From: a virus
Taxonomy: Duplodnaviria > Caudoviricetes
Length of the DNA: 64,000 bases
Virus record (IMG/VR): IMGVR_UViG_3300044711_000095
Location: 1 to 64,000 of that record
Strand: one strand, 5' to 3'
Shown: positions 9,792-18,766 of the stretch, one piece after another
Position numbering within the stretch: position 1 is the first letter of the stretch
Layout: each line of letters opens with the position of its first letter
Position numbers and translations under genes: made by a program
The notes under the pieces: model-generated
What the model was told of the DNA's origin: nothing
What the model saw: only the letters and a program-made list of their open reading frames with translations
The model's database searches: none

Positions 9792-9794
9792 CGG

Positions 9795-10106
9795 GTGACG
9801 GTCCCACATTTCGCGGTCCCGTTCCGGGTGGGCGGTAACGGTGCGTTCGTGGTGAACGAACAGGACGGGCTCGACGACATCGTCGAAGCGGTGGCGTGTG
9901 TGATCGCCACCCCGGTCGGGTCGCGGGTCGAGGTCCCCGGGTTCGGTGTCCCCCGCTACGAATTCGGGACGCCGCTGCCGGAGGAGATCGTCGCGGCGGT
10001 CGCTGAGTGGGAGCCCCGCGCCGACATCGGCGTGGACGTGGCCGCTGCCCTCGGGGACCTCGGGGAGATCACCGACGTCGCGGTGGCCGTCAAACCGCAC
10101 CTTTAA
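9795..10106 (+). CDS. Baseplate wedge gp25/GpW-like protein
   Basis: PFR.G.NG....EQ...DI...V..VIATP.GSRVEVP.FG...EWEPRA. Confidence 0.85.
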   Translation: MTVPHFAVPFRVGGNGAFVVNEQDGLDDIVEAVACVIATPVGSRVEVPGFGVPRYEFGTPLPEEIVAAVAEWEPRADIGVDVAAALGDLGEITDVAVAVKPHL

Positions 10107-10127
10107 CGATCAGGGAACGGAGGGCGT

Positions 10128-11588
10128 GTGTCGAGTTTCTTGACGTTCGGGGATTTCGCTGACGACGACCCGGACCGGCTCACCGCGGACGCCGTCGCGT
10201 TCCTGCAGTCCGTCGTCCCCGGGTGGGTGCCGGCGGACGGGAACCTGGACACGTGGATGCTGGCGGCGCACGCCCGGATCAACGCGGAGTTGCTGTCCAC
10301 GGCCCGCGACGTCCCCGCCGCGATCTTCCAGGCGTACGGGCAGCGGCTGATCGGTGTCCCCCCGGTGACGGGTGCGGCGGCGACGGTCACGGTGACGTGG
10401 GCGGCGACGGACAGCCTGGGGCACACGGTCCCGGCGGGCACACAGGTCGGGTACCGGGTGTCCGGGGACACGCTGCTGGTGTTCGTGCCCCTCACGGACG
10501 TGGTGATCCCCCCGGGGTCCACGAACCTGGGCGGGTCCGTGTTGACGGCGGTCGGTGTCGGGACGGCGTGGAATGGTGTCCCGACGGGCGTCTTGGAGTT
10601 GGTGGATTCGCTGTCGTGGCTGTCGTCGGTGACGGCGACGGCTGTGTCGTCGGGTGGTGTGGACGCCGAAACCGACGACCAGTACGTGGCCCGGTTGACG
10701 GTCGATCTGCGGCTGCTGGCGCCCCGCCCGATCCTCCCGGCCGACTTCTCGGTGTTCGCGCAGACCATCACGGGCGTGACGCGGGCGTACACGATCGACG
10801 GGTACGACCCGGGCGTGAACGAGGTCCAGCGGCTCACGGTCACCGGGACCCCGACGGGTGGTTCGTCGGCGGTCACGTTCTCCGGGCAGACCGCGACGGT
10901 CCCGTTCAACACGACTGCGGGCGCCCTGCAGACGCTGCTGGAGGCACTGTCGAACATCGCCCCGGGGGATGTGGCGTGCACGGGCGGCCCGTGGCCGGGG
11001 ACGGCCATCGACGTCCAGTTCATGGGCGCGTACGCGTCGACGAACGTCCCGACGATGACGAAGGTCGATTCGTTCACGGGCGGGTCCAGCCCCACGTTGA
11101 CGGTCACGACGCCGACGTCGGGTGTGGCGCCGTCGAGTGGTAACCAGCGGATGGTGACGGTCGTCTCCCTGGACGCGGCGGGTGCGGGCGTGTCGTCGGG
11201 TGTGAAGGCGGTGGTCCAGGCGGACCTCGATGGGCGGCGTGAGGTCGGGTTCGTGGTGCACACTGCGGACCCGACCAGTACGACGATCGACGTGGTGTAT
11301 TCGGTGCATGTGCTGGCCGGGTTCGACTCGACGGCTGTGGTCGCGGCGTGCACGGCCGCGGTGACCGCGTACCTGACCCCAGCGAACTGGGATGGTGGGA
11401 CGGACAGTCCCCCGACGTGGTCGGGTGCGGACAAGGTCCGGTACAACCAGGTCGTCGCGGTCCTGTCCGCGATCACCGGTGTCGCCTATGTGGCGTCGTT
11501 GACGGTCAACGCGGGGACCGTGGATGTGACCCTCTCGGGGGTCGCGCCGCTACCAGCGGTGGGCACCATCTCCGGGTCCGCGGTCTGA
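10128..11588 (+). CDS. Baseplate J-like protein with inserted domain
   Basis: AATVTVTW...GHTVPAGTQV, SGGVDAETDDQY..RL, DF..FA..I.GV.RA motifs. Confidence 0.85.
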   Translation: MSSFLTFGDFADDDPDRLTADAVAFLQSVVPGWVPADGNLDTWMLAAHARINAELLSTARDVPAAIFQAYGQRLIGVPPVTGAAATVTVTWAATDSLGHTVPAGTQVGYRVSGDTLLVFVPLTDVVIPPGSTNLGGSVLTAVGVGTAWNGVPTGVLELVDSLSWLSSVTATAVSSGGVDAETDDQYVARLTVDLRLLAPRPILPADFSVFAQTITGVTRAYTIDGYDPGVNEVQRLTVTGTPTGGSSAVTFSGQTATVPFNTTAGALQTLLEALSNIAPGDVACTGGPWPGTAIDVQFMGAYASTNVPTMTKVDSFTGGSSPTLTVTTPTSGVAPSSGNQRMVTVVSLDAAGAGVSSGVKAVVQADLDGRREVGFVVHTADPTSTTIDVVYSVHVLAGFDSTAVVAACTAAVTAYLTPANWDGGTDSPPTWSGADKVRYNQVVAVLSAITGVAYVASLTVNAGTVDVTLSGVAPLPAVGTISGSAV

Positions 11589-11618
11589 CACCTTTCCGGA
11601 ACCCCGTGGGGAGGCCCT

Positions 11619-12248
11619 GTGGCACGCCCTGTGGTGTCGGTGACCGCGGAGCGCCTGTACCAGGCGATGGGCCCGTTCACGGTCCCTGACGAGGGCTACG
11701 GGTGGCCGCTGCTCCACTGGTGCGATGCGGTGACCCGCCCGGCGGCGACCGTTGAGGCGTATGTCGCGGACACCGACACCCAGGTCGGGTGGCAGCCGCT
11801 CCTGGACCCGGCCCTGTGCCCGGCGGGTGCGTTGCCGTTCCTGGGCCAGTTCGTCGGCGCGCAGGTCCCTGTCGGCGCGGACGAGACGACGGCCCGGGCG
11901 ATCGTCACCCACGCGCCTGGGTGGGCGCGGGGGACCCCGGGGGCGGTGTCCGCGGCGGCCCGCCTGTGGTTGACGGGCGGCCAGCACGTGACGCTGAACG
12001 AACGGTTCGGTGGGTCCGCGTACGCCGTCGAAGTGCAGGTGTACGCGGGTGAACTCGTCGACTTGACGGGCCTGACCGCGGCGGTGAAGGCGGCGCTCCC
12101 GGCGGGGTTCGCACTCACGGTCACGGTCCTCGTCGGCTGGACGATCGCCGAAGCGGAGACCCGTTACACGGGTGAGACGATCGCCGACGTGGAAGCGATC
12201 TGGACGGGTAAGACGATCGCCGACGCCGAAGGGGAGTTCCCGCCGTGA
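11619..12248 (+). CDS. Baseplate wedge/tail protein I-like
   Basis: LDP..CP..ALPFLGQFVG...GWARGTPGAV pattern of P2 gpI-like proteins; follows J. Confidence 0.75.
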   Translation: MARPVVSVTAERLYQAMGPFTVPDEGYGWPLLHWCDAVTRPAATVEAYVADTDTQVGWQPLLDPALCPAGALPFLGQFVGAQVPVGADETTARAIVTHAPGWARGTPGAVSAAARLWLTGGQHVTLNERFGGSAYAVEVQVYAGELVDLTGLTAAVKAALPAGFALTVTVLVGWTIAEAETRYTGETIADVEAIWTGKTIADAEGEFPP

Positions 12249-13288
12249 CCGTAACGCAGGCCCGTACCGGGCTGGTCATCCCGAACTCGTCGGGTTCGGA
12301 CCCGTTCACTGAACTGAAGGACGGGATCCGGGCTGCGGGTCTGTGGATCGAAGCCAACTCGCTGATCTTCCTGACGCCGGGTCTGCTGTCGGCGTTGCCG
12401 GCCGCGGGGACGGTGGGCAGGATCTACAAGGCCACCGACGTGACGGGCGCCTTGTACTACGACAACGGGACCGGGTGGGAGTCGGTCGGGGTCACTCCAC
12501 CGACCGACGCCGCCGCGGGGGTCGGGTCGTTGCGTACTCTCGGCGCCGGGTCCTTGCAGGCCGCCCCCGGGAACCACACCCACGGCATCTCGGGGATCGT
12601 CGCGACAGGGACGCCGTCGGCGACCACATTCCTTCGAGGCGACGGGACGTGGGCGACTGTGGGAACCATCGGGTACGACCTGTACGCGTGGACGCCGTCA
12701 GCGGACGACGCGTACCCCGTGGTGGTCACATCCGGGGGAACCGCGATCACTTTCACGGCGGCTGCCGGGCGGCCCTGTGTGGGGCCCGCCGCGACGGGCG
12801 TGAACGAAGTGGTCGGCCGCGCGAACCTGATGCGCGTGCCCGGTTCGGCGACATCGCCGGGGACCATCAAGTTCAGCGGGGCCGTCCGGTACACCGGCGC
12901 CACCACCGACTCCGTGGTGGCGTTCGGCATGTCCAGCAACCTGACGGCCGGTAACTGGGCTGAGGGTATCGCCCTGCAGGTCCTCGCGGCTTCCGGGTCG
13001 GCGAAGGTGTGGTCCCGGACGGGCAGCGGATTCTCCCCGTCGGACTACACGGCCGGGACGCAGCGGGGCAGCACCGTCACGGGCCTGTCGGCTGGGACGT
13101 GGTACCAGTTCAGTTTCGAGGTGTCCGCGACCGGAAACCTGATCGCGATCTTCAACGGGAGCACCGTGTTCACCGGTGCGTCCGGGGTCGACATGGTCGA
13201 GACGACGGGGCAGACGCCCTCTTGGGCGGTGCAGTGCACCACTGCCGCCAACCTCTCCGTCTCCACGTGCGCGGTCACCTACTCCTAG
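12245..13288 (+). CDS. Tail fiber/receptor-binding protein
   Basis: GSLRTLGAGSLQAAPGNHTH, GTPSATTFLRGDGTW fiber motifs; lectin-like C-terminus; last tail gene. Confidence 0.75.
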   Translation: MTVTQARTGLVIPNSSGSDPFTELKDGIRAAGLWIEANSLIFLTPGLLSALPAAGTVGRIYKATDVTGALYYDNGTGWESVGVTPPTDAAAGVGSLRTLGAGSLQAAPGNHTHGISGIVATGTPSATTFLRGDGTWATVGTIGYDLYAWTPSADDAYPVVVTSGGTAITFTAAAGRPCVGPAATGVNEVVGRANLMRVPGSATSPGTIKFSGAVRYTGATTDSVVAFGMSSNLTAGNWAEGIALQVLAASGSAKVWSRTGSGFSPSDYTAGTQRGSTVTGLSAGTWYQFSFEVSATGNLIAIFNGSTVFTGASGVDMVETTGQTPSWAVQCTTAANLSVSTCAVTYS

Positions 13289-13388
13289 CCGCCCGCCGGA
13301 GGCCATCGCCGACGTCGTGGTCCCGATCCTGACGGCCGCCTGAATCCCGCGGCGGGCCAACGCCAGGCTGCCGCAGAGGGGACGTCTG

Positions 13389-13724
13389 ATGGCGGAGGAC
13401 GACGACCAGTTCGTGGCCGGCCGACGCGCTGGCGAGGTCGCTGAGCGACTCTCCGGCCACGACAAGCACTTCGCGGCCATCAACGGGAGCATCGCCGATC
13501 TCGCCACGGAAATGCGTTCGCTGGTGCTGGCCGTGCAGCGTCTCGGTGACGCGATGACCGCGGACCGCGCCACGGTCTTGACGACCGCCGCGGCCCTCAA
13601 GGAAGCGGAGTCCGCGCGCCGTGACCGCAGCGACCAGTCCTGGTCGCCCTGGTCGAAGGCGTTGGCCCTCGCTGGCGGTGTCGCGGCCCTGGTCGGGGCG
13701 TACCTGGCGCTCCGGCCCCGCTGA
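13389..13724 (+). CDS. Coiled-coil protein with C-terminal TM helix (lysis-associated membrane protein)
   Basis: Hydrophobic C-term ALALAGGVAALVGAYLAL; directly before endolysin. Confidence 0.7.
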   Translation: MAEDDDQFVAGRRAGEVAERLSGHDKHFAAINGSIADLATEMRSLVLAVQRLGDAMTADRATVLTTAAALKEAESARRDRSDQSWSPWSKALALAGGVAALVGAYLALRPR

Positions 13725-13773
13725 CACCCAGCCGAACCGCGGCGGGGGGCCCTGGCCTGCGTAGGAGGCGCCG

Positions 13774-14544
13774 ATGTCGTACGCACCCGCCGACTGGTGG
13801 CCGGAAGCCGCCCGTCGGCCTGTCCGCTGGGCCGGGGCGACGCACCCTTGGGCCGCCCGGCCCCTCGGGTGGGTCCTGCACGTCGTCGTCGGCGACGGCA
13901 GCCCCTGGGCCACGTTCGACCGGTCCACGCCACCGAACCGGCGGTTCAGCCACTGGTGGGTGGCGAAAGACGGCAGGGCCGAGCAGTACGCCCCGTCGTC
14001 GGTCGCCAGTTGGGCGCAGGGCGGCGGAAACGGAACCTACTGGTCGGTCGAGACCGAAGGCATGCCGGGGCAGCCACTCACCGACGCCCAGGTCGCCACG
14101 CTGGCCCGGCTGCACCGGTGGCTGGGCGTCGCCGACCGGATCGCCGCGTCACCGGTCGAGGTCGGCATTTCCTGCCACTTCGTCGGCGGCCAAGCGTGGG
14201 GCGGCCACACATGCCCCGACCCCGCACCAGGCGCGGGCCCACGGTCACACCAACGCGCCGACATCATCCGCCGTGCACAGACAGGAGACGACGACATGCC
14301 CACAGCCGACGAGGTCGCCGCCGCTGTAGTCGACAAGTGGCTGGCCATCGAGTTCGGGAACCGGACCATCGGGCAGGTCATCGGGCAGACCAGCCTCGAC
14401 GCCGCCGCGGCAGCGAAGAACACTGCCGTCTCCTCCACTGCTGGGCTCGACCCGGCCGCGGTCGCTACCGCGATCATCACCCAGCTTGGGCCGGTCATCG
14501 GTGCAGCAGTCGCCGATGAACTGTCCCGCCGTCTCGTCCGATAG
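13774..14544 (+). CDS. Endolysin, N-acetylmuramoyl-L-alanine amidase (Amidase_2-like)
   Basis: WVLHVV, SHWWV.KDG...QY, SVETEG, CH...WGGHTCP Zn-ligand motifs; AGGAGG RBS. Confidence 0.85.
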   Translation: MSYAPADWWPEAARRPVRWAGATHPWAARPLGWVLHVVVGDGSPWATFDRSTPPNRRFSHWWVAKDGRAEQYAPSSVASWAQGGGNGTYWSVETEGMPGQPLTDAQVATLARLHRWLGVADRIAASPVEVGISCHFVGGQAWGGHTCPDPAPGAGPRSHQRADIIRRAQTGDDDMPTADEVAAAVVDKWLAIEFGNRTIGQVIGQTSLDAAAAAKNTAVSSTAGLDPAAVATAIITQLGPVIGAAVADELSRRLVR

Positions 14545-14604
14545 CCGCCCCGTCCGCACGCCCGGGGGGGCCCTGAAGTAGGGGGTTACCCCGATGAAGA
14601 ACGA

Positions 14605-14898
14605 ATGCTCACCCTGACCCTGTCGGCGTTCGCAGCAGAAGCTAGCGGGACTGACCCGTCCGTGGTTCTCCTCCAGTACGGCGCTATCGGCGCGTTCACT
14701 GTCGTGCTCCTCGCCTTCGCGGCGTCAGCGATCAAACGTGAGCGGGAGCGCGCAGACCGGGCGGAGGAACAGCTACGGGAACTCCACACTCTGATGAGAA
14801 CAGACGTGATCCCCGTGTTGGTGAAGGTATCGGAAGGATTCGCCCGCGTCACGGACACCCTCGCCGACGCGGCGGCGGCGCTCCGAGAGCGAAGGTGA
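14605..14898 (+). CDS. Membrane protein (holin-like)
   Basis: LLQYGAIGAFTVVLLAFA TM followed by coiled coil RERERADRAE. Confidence 0.65.
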   Translation: MLTLTLSAFAAEASGTDPSVVLLQYGAIGAFTVVLLAFAASAIKRERERADRAEEQLRELHTLMRTDVIPVLVKVSEGFARVTDTLADAAAALRERR

Positions 14899-15056
14899 GT
14901 GTCTTGACTGGGCCGCGCCCGTCGGTCGTCACGCCGGGCGCAGCGAAAGACGTCCGGGACATCGTCAACAAGATCGAGCAGCAGGTGGTCCAGTTGCAGT
15001 CGCTGCTGGACCGGATGGGAGGTGAGATCGATGCCCGACGTAGCGGCGATGATTGA
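14895..15056 (+). CDS. Small coiled-coil protein (53 aa; not in ORF track)
   Basis: GTGA overlap; MSVLTGPRPSVVTPGAAKDVRDIVNKIEQQVVQLQSLLDRMGGEIDARRSGDD; contains GGAGG RBS of next gene. Confidence 0.6.
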   Translation: MSVLTGPRPSVVTPGAAKDVRDIVNKIEQQVVQLQSLLDRMGGEIDARRSGDD

Positions 15057-15408
15057 GCTTCAACGTTCGGTTGATGACCTTGCCGGTGAGGCGCACCGGC
15101 TGCGCCAGTCCCTGACCCGGTTGATCATTGTCGCCGCCCTGGTTTTCTTGGGTCTCGTGGTCGCGATCTGTGCTGCGGTCGTCGTCCAAATGTCGAACAG
15201 TCAGGCCATCGAACAGAACAACCAGCGGTGGTGTCCGACTCTCAGCCTCCTCATCCTCCACCCGGGGGATCCGCAGCCGACGTCGACCCGGGCGATGCGG
15301 GTCGCCCAGCAGACCCAGATCCTGTACGACTCGTACGGGTGTGGTGCTCTCCCACCGGACCCGTCGTTGATGGACCCTTCCCCGACCCCTGGAGTTTCCC
15401 GTGGCTGA
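15031..15408 (+). CDS. Single-TM membrane protein with extracellular Cys pair
   Basis: GGAGG RBS; TM LIIVAALVFLGLVVAICAAVVV; WC...YGC. Confidence 0.7.
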   Translation: MPDVAAMIELQRSVDDLAGEAHRLRQSLTRLIIVAALVFLGLVVAICAAVVVQMSNSQAIEQNNQRWCPTLSLLILHPGDPQPTSTRAMRVAQQTQILYDSYGCGALPPDPSLMDPSPTPGVSRG

Positions 15409-15727
15409 GTCTTCCCCGCCTGGCCAGATCCATGCACCGGCCGCACTCCCGACGTCGATCGTCCGGACCATCGTCCCGATCGTCGTCGGGTACCTGATCT
15501 CGATCGGGGTCGTCAACTGGTTGGGGATCACCAACGAGCAGGCGACGGGGGCGGCCACGGCGGTCGTGACGGGCGTGTACTACGTCCTCGCGCGGATCTT
15601 CGAGACGTGGTTTTCCCCGAAGCTGGGCTGGCTGCTGGGCCTGCCATCACAGCCGGCGTACGCGTCCCGGAACGGGAGGCACGAGGCTGGTGCCCTGCCC
15701 CGCCGCGTCGAGGCGGGGGACGCTTGA
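15401..15727 (+). CDS. Holin
   Basis: SIVRTIVPIVVGYL...YYVLAR.FE...GWLLG.P..P.Y pattern of actinophage holins. Confidence 0.8.
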   Translation: MAESSPPGQIHAPAALPTSIVRTIVPIVVGYLISIGVVNWLGITNEQATGAATAVVTGVYYVLARIFETWFSPKLGWLLGLPSQPAYASRNGRHEAGALPRRVEAGDA

Positions 15728-15826
15728 CCGGCGGGAGGCTTCATCCTGCCGCCGTCGGGTCGGCCAACTGACCCGGAGCCCGTAAACCCGACGCCCCGTC
15801 TGGGGCCATCCGAAGGGTCCACCGTC

Positions 15827-16234
15827 ATGCAGCTTCAGATCCAGTCCGATCCGGGCGTCGTCGAGGCCGAGGACGTCCAGGTCCGGGTCGCCGGTGAGGG
15901 CGCGACCGCCCAGAGCAGGTTCGTCGCTTCGGTCGACCCGGAGGGCGTCGTCGACGTGATCTCGAACTCCGATGGGGAGATTTTCTCGGTGTTCCCGGTC
16001 AAGCCCGGCGACTTCCTGATCACCTTCGATGACGGCGACCACAAGACCCGTCTCGCCGGTGAGGTCATCGAGGAGGGCGCCACCCGCGTGGCGGTCACCT
16101 TGCGTGGCCCGGTCCGCCAGGCCGCACCCGAGGCCACCCCCCAGGCCGCCCCCCAGGCCGCCCCGCAGGCCACCGCGCCGCGGTCGGTCCCGGACACCGG
16201 CGGCGAGAAGACCCACGCCCGGGGCCCCCGCTGA
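15827..16234 (+). CDS. Hypothetical beta-rich protein with Pro/Gln/Ala tail
   Basis: 135-aa ORF with phage-like codon usage. Confidence 0.6.
   Translation: MQLQIQSDPGVVEAEDVQVRVAGEGATAQSRFVASVDPEGVVDVISNSDGEIFSVFPVKPGDFLITFDDGDHKTRLAGEVIEEGATRVAVTLRGPVRQAAPEATPQAAPQAAPQATAPRSVPDTGGEKTHARGPR
16121..16168 (+). repeat. Four imperfect 12-bp tandem repeats (AxPQ/E)
   Basis: gccgcacccgag gccaccccccag gccgccccccag gccgccccgcag. Confidence 0.8.
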
Positions 16235-16284
16235 CACCGGTCGGGTGGTTCCCGAGGCATCCACGGCACCGGTTCACCGGTTCC

Positions 16285-16365
16285 GTGGGCGACCGGGTCG
16301 TGGTGGTGGCTATCGTGGCGGCCTGGCTGGTCGTCCTCGGGGTCCTGTCCTTGATCGCACACTAG
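16285..16365 (+). CDS. Putative 26-aa TM peptide
   Basis: MGDRVVVVAIVAAWLVVLGVLSLIAH; its stop TAG overlaps AGGAG RBS of next gene. Confidence 0.35.
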   Translation: MGDRVVVVAIVAAWLVVLGVLSLIAH

Positions 16366-16375
16366 GAGTTGGCCC

Positions 16376-16852
16376 GTGGGTCGCCGTCACATTCCCGCCG
16401 TCCTGTTCACTGTCCTGGCGTTCGCTGGGCCGGTCCTCGCGAACGGGCCGGACTGGCGGCGTTCGGGGACCAGCATGTGGGTGGGCGCGTACACGGCCCG
16501 CGCCTGCAACGGCGCGTTGACCGTCACGTACGGCCGGCAGATCCTCGTCGGCCACGAATGGCGGATCACCGACCGGGACGACAGCCAGTGGATCATCGAG
16601 GTCCACGACTATTCGGGCCGGTTCCAGAACCCGAACAACCCCGCGTCCGACGGGAAATGGTTACCGACCGACCTGTACGGCGCCGGGCCCGTCGTGTCCG
16701 GTGGGGAACACGCCCTCCGGTGGCCCGGGTACGGGCGGGCCCTCGGGAACGGCGCGCACATCGACAAGGCGAGGGTCGTCCGGGCCGACGGGACGGGCCT
16801 GACGTCGGTCCCGGCCGCCATCGACTGGTGCCCGCCGCCGTTGGCGCAGTAG
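16376..16852 (+). CDS. Secreted hypothetical protein
   Basis: AGGAG RBS; signal-peptide-like N-term (RRHIPAVLFTVLAFAGPVLA); two Cys. Confidence 0.65.
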   Translation: MGRRHIPAVLFTVLAFAGPVLANGPDWRRSGTSMWVGAYTARACNGALTVTYGRQILVGHEWRITDRDDSQWIIEVHDYSGRFQNPNNPASDGKWLPTDLYGAGPVVSGGEHALRWPGYGRALGNGAHIDKARVVRADGTGLTSVPAAIDWCPPPLAQ

Positions 16853-16865
16853 GTACCGGAAGGGA

Positions 16866-17285
16866 GTGGCGTCTGTGTCGAACGACCAGGCAGAGAGGGT
16901 CGGGTGGCCGTGGGATTTCGTGCAGGAGTTCCGCGAGAAACTCCACCTGATCGCCAACGAACAGAGAATCACCAACCATCGCCTCAAGGAGATCGAGAAG
17001 AAAATGGCTGACCTTCAGACCGCCCTCACCGACCTGCAGGCCGCGGTCCAGACCGCAGTCGCCGAGCTGACCGGCGGCGCTGTCGCCGCGCTGCAGGCGG
17101 CCCTCGCGCAGGCCCAGTCGGACCTCCAGGCCGCCCGGGACCTCGACGCCACCGACCAGGCGGCGATCGATGACCTGACCGCGAGGTTGGGCCAGTCGAT
17201 GCAGTCCGCGCAGGACGCCGCCGACCAGATCGAGTCCCGGGTCCAGGAACTGCAGTCCGCGACGGGTGCCCCGCCGACCGCCTGA
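16866..17285 (+). CDS. Coiled-coil hypothetical protein
   Basis: AAGGGAG RBS; heptad-rich MADLQTALTDLQAAVQ. Confidence 0.7.
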   Translation: MASVSNDQAERVGWPWDFVQEFREKLHLIANEQRITNHRLKEIEKKMADLQTALTDLQAAVQTAVAELTGGAVAALQAALAQAQSDLQAARDLDATDQAAIDDLTARLGQSMQSAQDAADQIESRVQELQSATGAPPTA

Positions 17286-17302
17286 CCCCCAGGCCCGTGG
17301 AC

Positions 17303-17338
17303 GGTGCCCCACCCCACCCCACCCGGGGGTGGGGCACC
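17303..17338. terminator. 13-bp perfect hairpin
   Basis: GGTGCCCCACCCC...GGGGTGGGGCACC after the 17285 stop. Confidence 0.5.
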
Positions 17339-17384
17339 GCCTGCACCTTCCCCCTGCACCTTCCCGTGGCCCTTGGAGGCCGGC

Positions 17385-18608
17385 ATGTCCGAGACGTTCA
17401 CCGGGACCTTGACGGGGTCGTCGGGGTCGAAACTCACCATCACCGCAGCCACGTTGCAGCCGGCGGTCACGCCCGTCCCGGACGGTCCGCTCCCGGCCGC
17501 CACGAACCAGGTGACGGTCTCCGGTGTGGCCCTGCCGTTGGCGGCGGTGAACCCTGCCGGTGGCTTGTTCCCTGGGGGGCGCGGCGCGGACCAGCTCGTG
17601 GCGTACCAGGCGCCGGTCGTGGTGACGCGGACGAACATGTGGGGTGTCGAGGTCACCGTGAGGGACGGGGCCGTCGTGGCGGTGAACGACCGGCAGGCGT
17701 CCAAGTTCACTGCGGGGACGGTGGTCCCTGCGGGGTGTGTGGTGTTGTCCGCGAACGGTACGGCGCGGGACGCTCTGCTGCCGTTGGCGGTGAAGGGCGC
17801 GCCGGTCACGTTCCAGCACGTCACGACCCCGCCCGTGGTGCCGCCCGTGACACCGCCGGGGGGTCCGGGGCGGACGGTGGCGGTGTACCTGATGATGTGG
17901 GCGGGCCAGGTCGGTTCGGTCCCGGCCTCCTGCAACCAGGTCCGGTTGGCGTTCGCGCAGGGGTCCCCTCCGCGGCTGGTCGGGTCCGGTGGGCAGTCGA
18001 TGGACGCCCTCGCCGCGTGGGCGAGGTCGTTCCGCGCCACCGGCGGCAAGGTGATCGTCTCCGTCGGTGGGCAGGACGGCCCGGTGAACCTGTCCGACGT
18101 GGCAGGGTTCGTCGCCGGCATCAACACGATCGGGCAGCAGGTCCCCCTCGACGGCGTCGACTTCGACGTCGAATCCGTTGAACTGGATGTCGCGGGTTGC
18201 GTGTCCGCCGCGAAGGCGTTGGCGACGGGTCGGCCCGGCTGGTTGACGACGTTCACGCCGTCAGGTGGCCCGCCGGTGGCCCGGTACTTGCAGGCCGCGG
18301 TCGCGTGCCAGAGGGCGGGGCTGAGCGTCCAGTTCTCCCAGCAGCTCTACGACACTCCCGTGTCTCAGTCCGCGGCCCTGCAGCAGACGAAACCCGCGGT
18401 GGACGCACTCGGGCAGCGGTCCGTCCTCCTCGGCTTCATGATCGGCAACGATGCTGGTCATTGGACGGTCCAACAGACCGTCACCAACTTCCAGGCCATC
18501 CACGCGGCCTACCCGGCCATCGGCGGGGTCATGGCCTGGGAGGCGTCCCGTCCAGGGACCAGCGACGCGCTCGGCGGCTGCGCGAACCTCCTCGGGCTCG
18601 CGCCGTGA
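17385..18608 (+). CDS. GH18 chitinase-like glycoside hydrolase with N-terminal accessory domains
   Basis: KVIVSVGG and LDGVDFDVE (DxxDxDxE), QLYD, GGVMAWE; GGAGG RBS before ATG 17385. Confidence 0.8.
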   Translation: MSETFTGTLTGSSGSKLTITAATLQPAVTPVPDGPLPAATNQVTVSGVALPLAAVNPAGGLFPGGRGADQLVAYQAPVVVTRTNMWGVEVTVRDGAVVAVNDRQASKFTAGTVVPAGCVVLSANGTARDALLPLAVKGAPVTFQHVTTPPVVPPVTPPGGPGRTVAVYLMMWAGQVGSVPASCNQVRLAFAQGSPPRLVGSGGQSMDALAAWARSFRATGGKVIVSVGGQDGPVNLSDVAGFVAGINTIGQQVPLDGVDFDVESVELDVAGCVSAAKALATGRPGWLTTFTPSGGPPVARYLQAAVACQRAGLSVQFSQQLYDTPVSQSAALQQTKPAVDALGQRSVLLGFMIGNDAGHWTVQQTVTNFQAIHAAYPAIGGVMAWEASRPGTSDALGGCANLLGLAP

Positions 18609-18766
18609 ACCGGGCCGTGGGGTCCCTGTACGCCGCTGTGTGGCGTGCGGGATGGCGGGTCGGGTACCACACGCGCCGGTTCCGTTCCCAGGCCGGTGCG
18701 GCCCGCCTGGAGTCGTACGACGACGTCCGTTCCCGTATGGCCACTACCGACCGGAGGTCGCCGTGA
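18605..18766 (+). CDS. Small hypothetical protein (53 aa)
   Basis: GTGA overlaps at both ends; MNRAVGSLYAAVWRAGW... Confidence 0.45.
   Translation: MNRAVGSLYAAVWRAGWRVGYHTRRFRSQAGAARLESYDDVRSRMATTDRRSP

Noticed and set aside
737-13288. Stand-alone contractile injection system or tailocin
   Set aside because: Linked to a lysis cassette, replication, recombination and methylase genes typical of a complete phage; no eCIS AAA+ ATPase seen.
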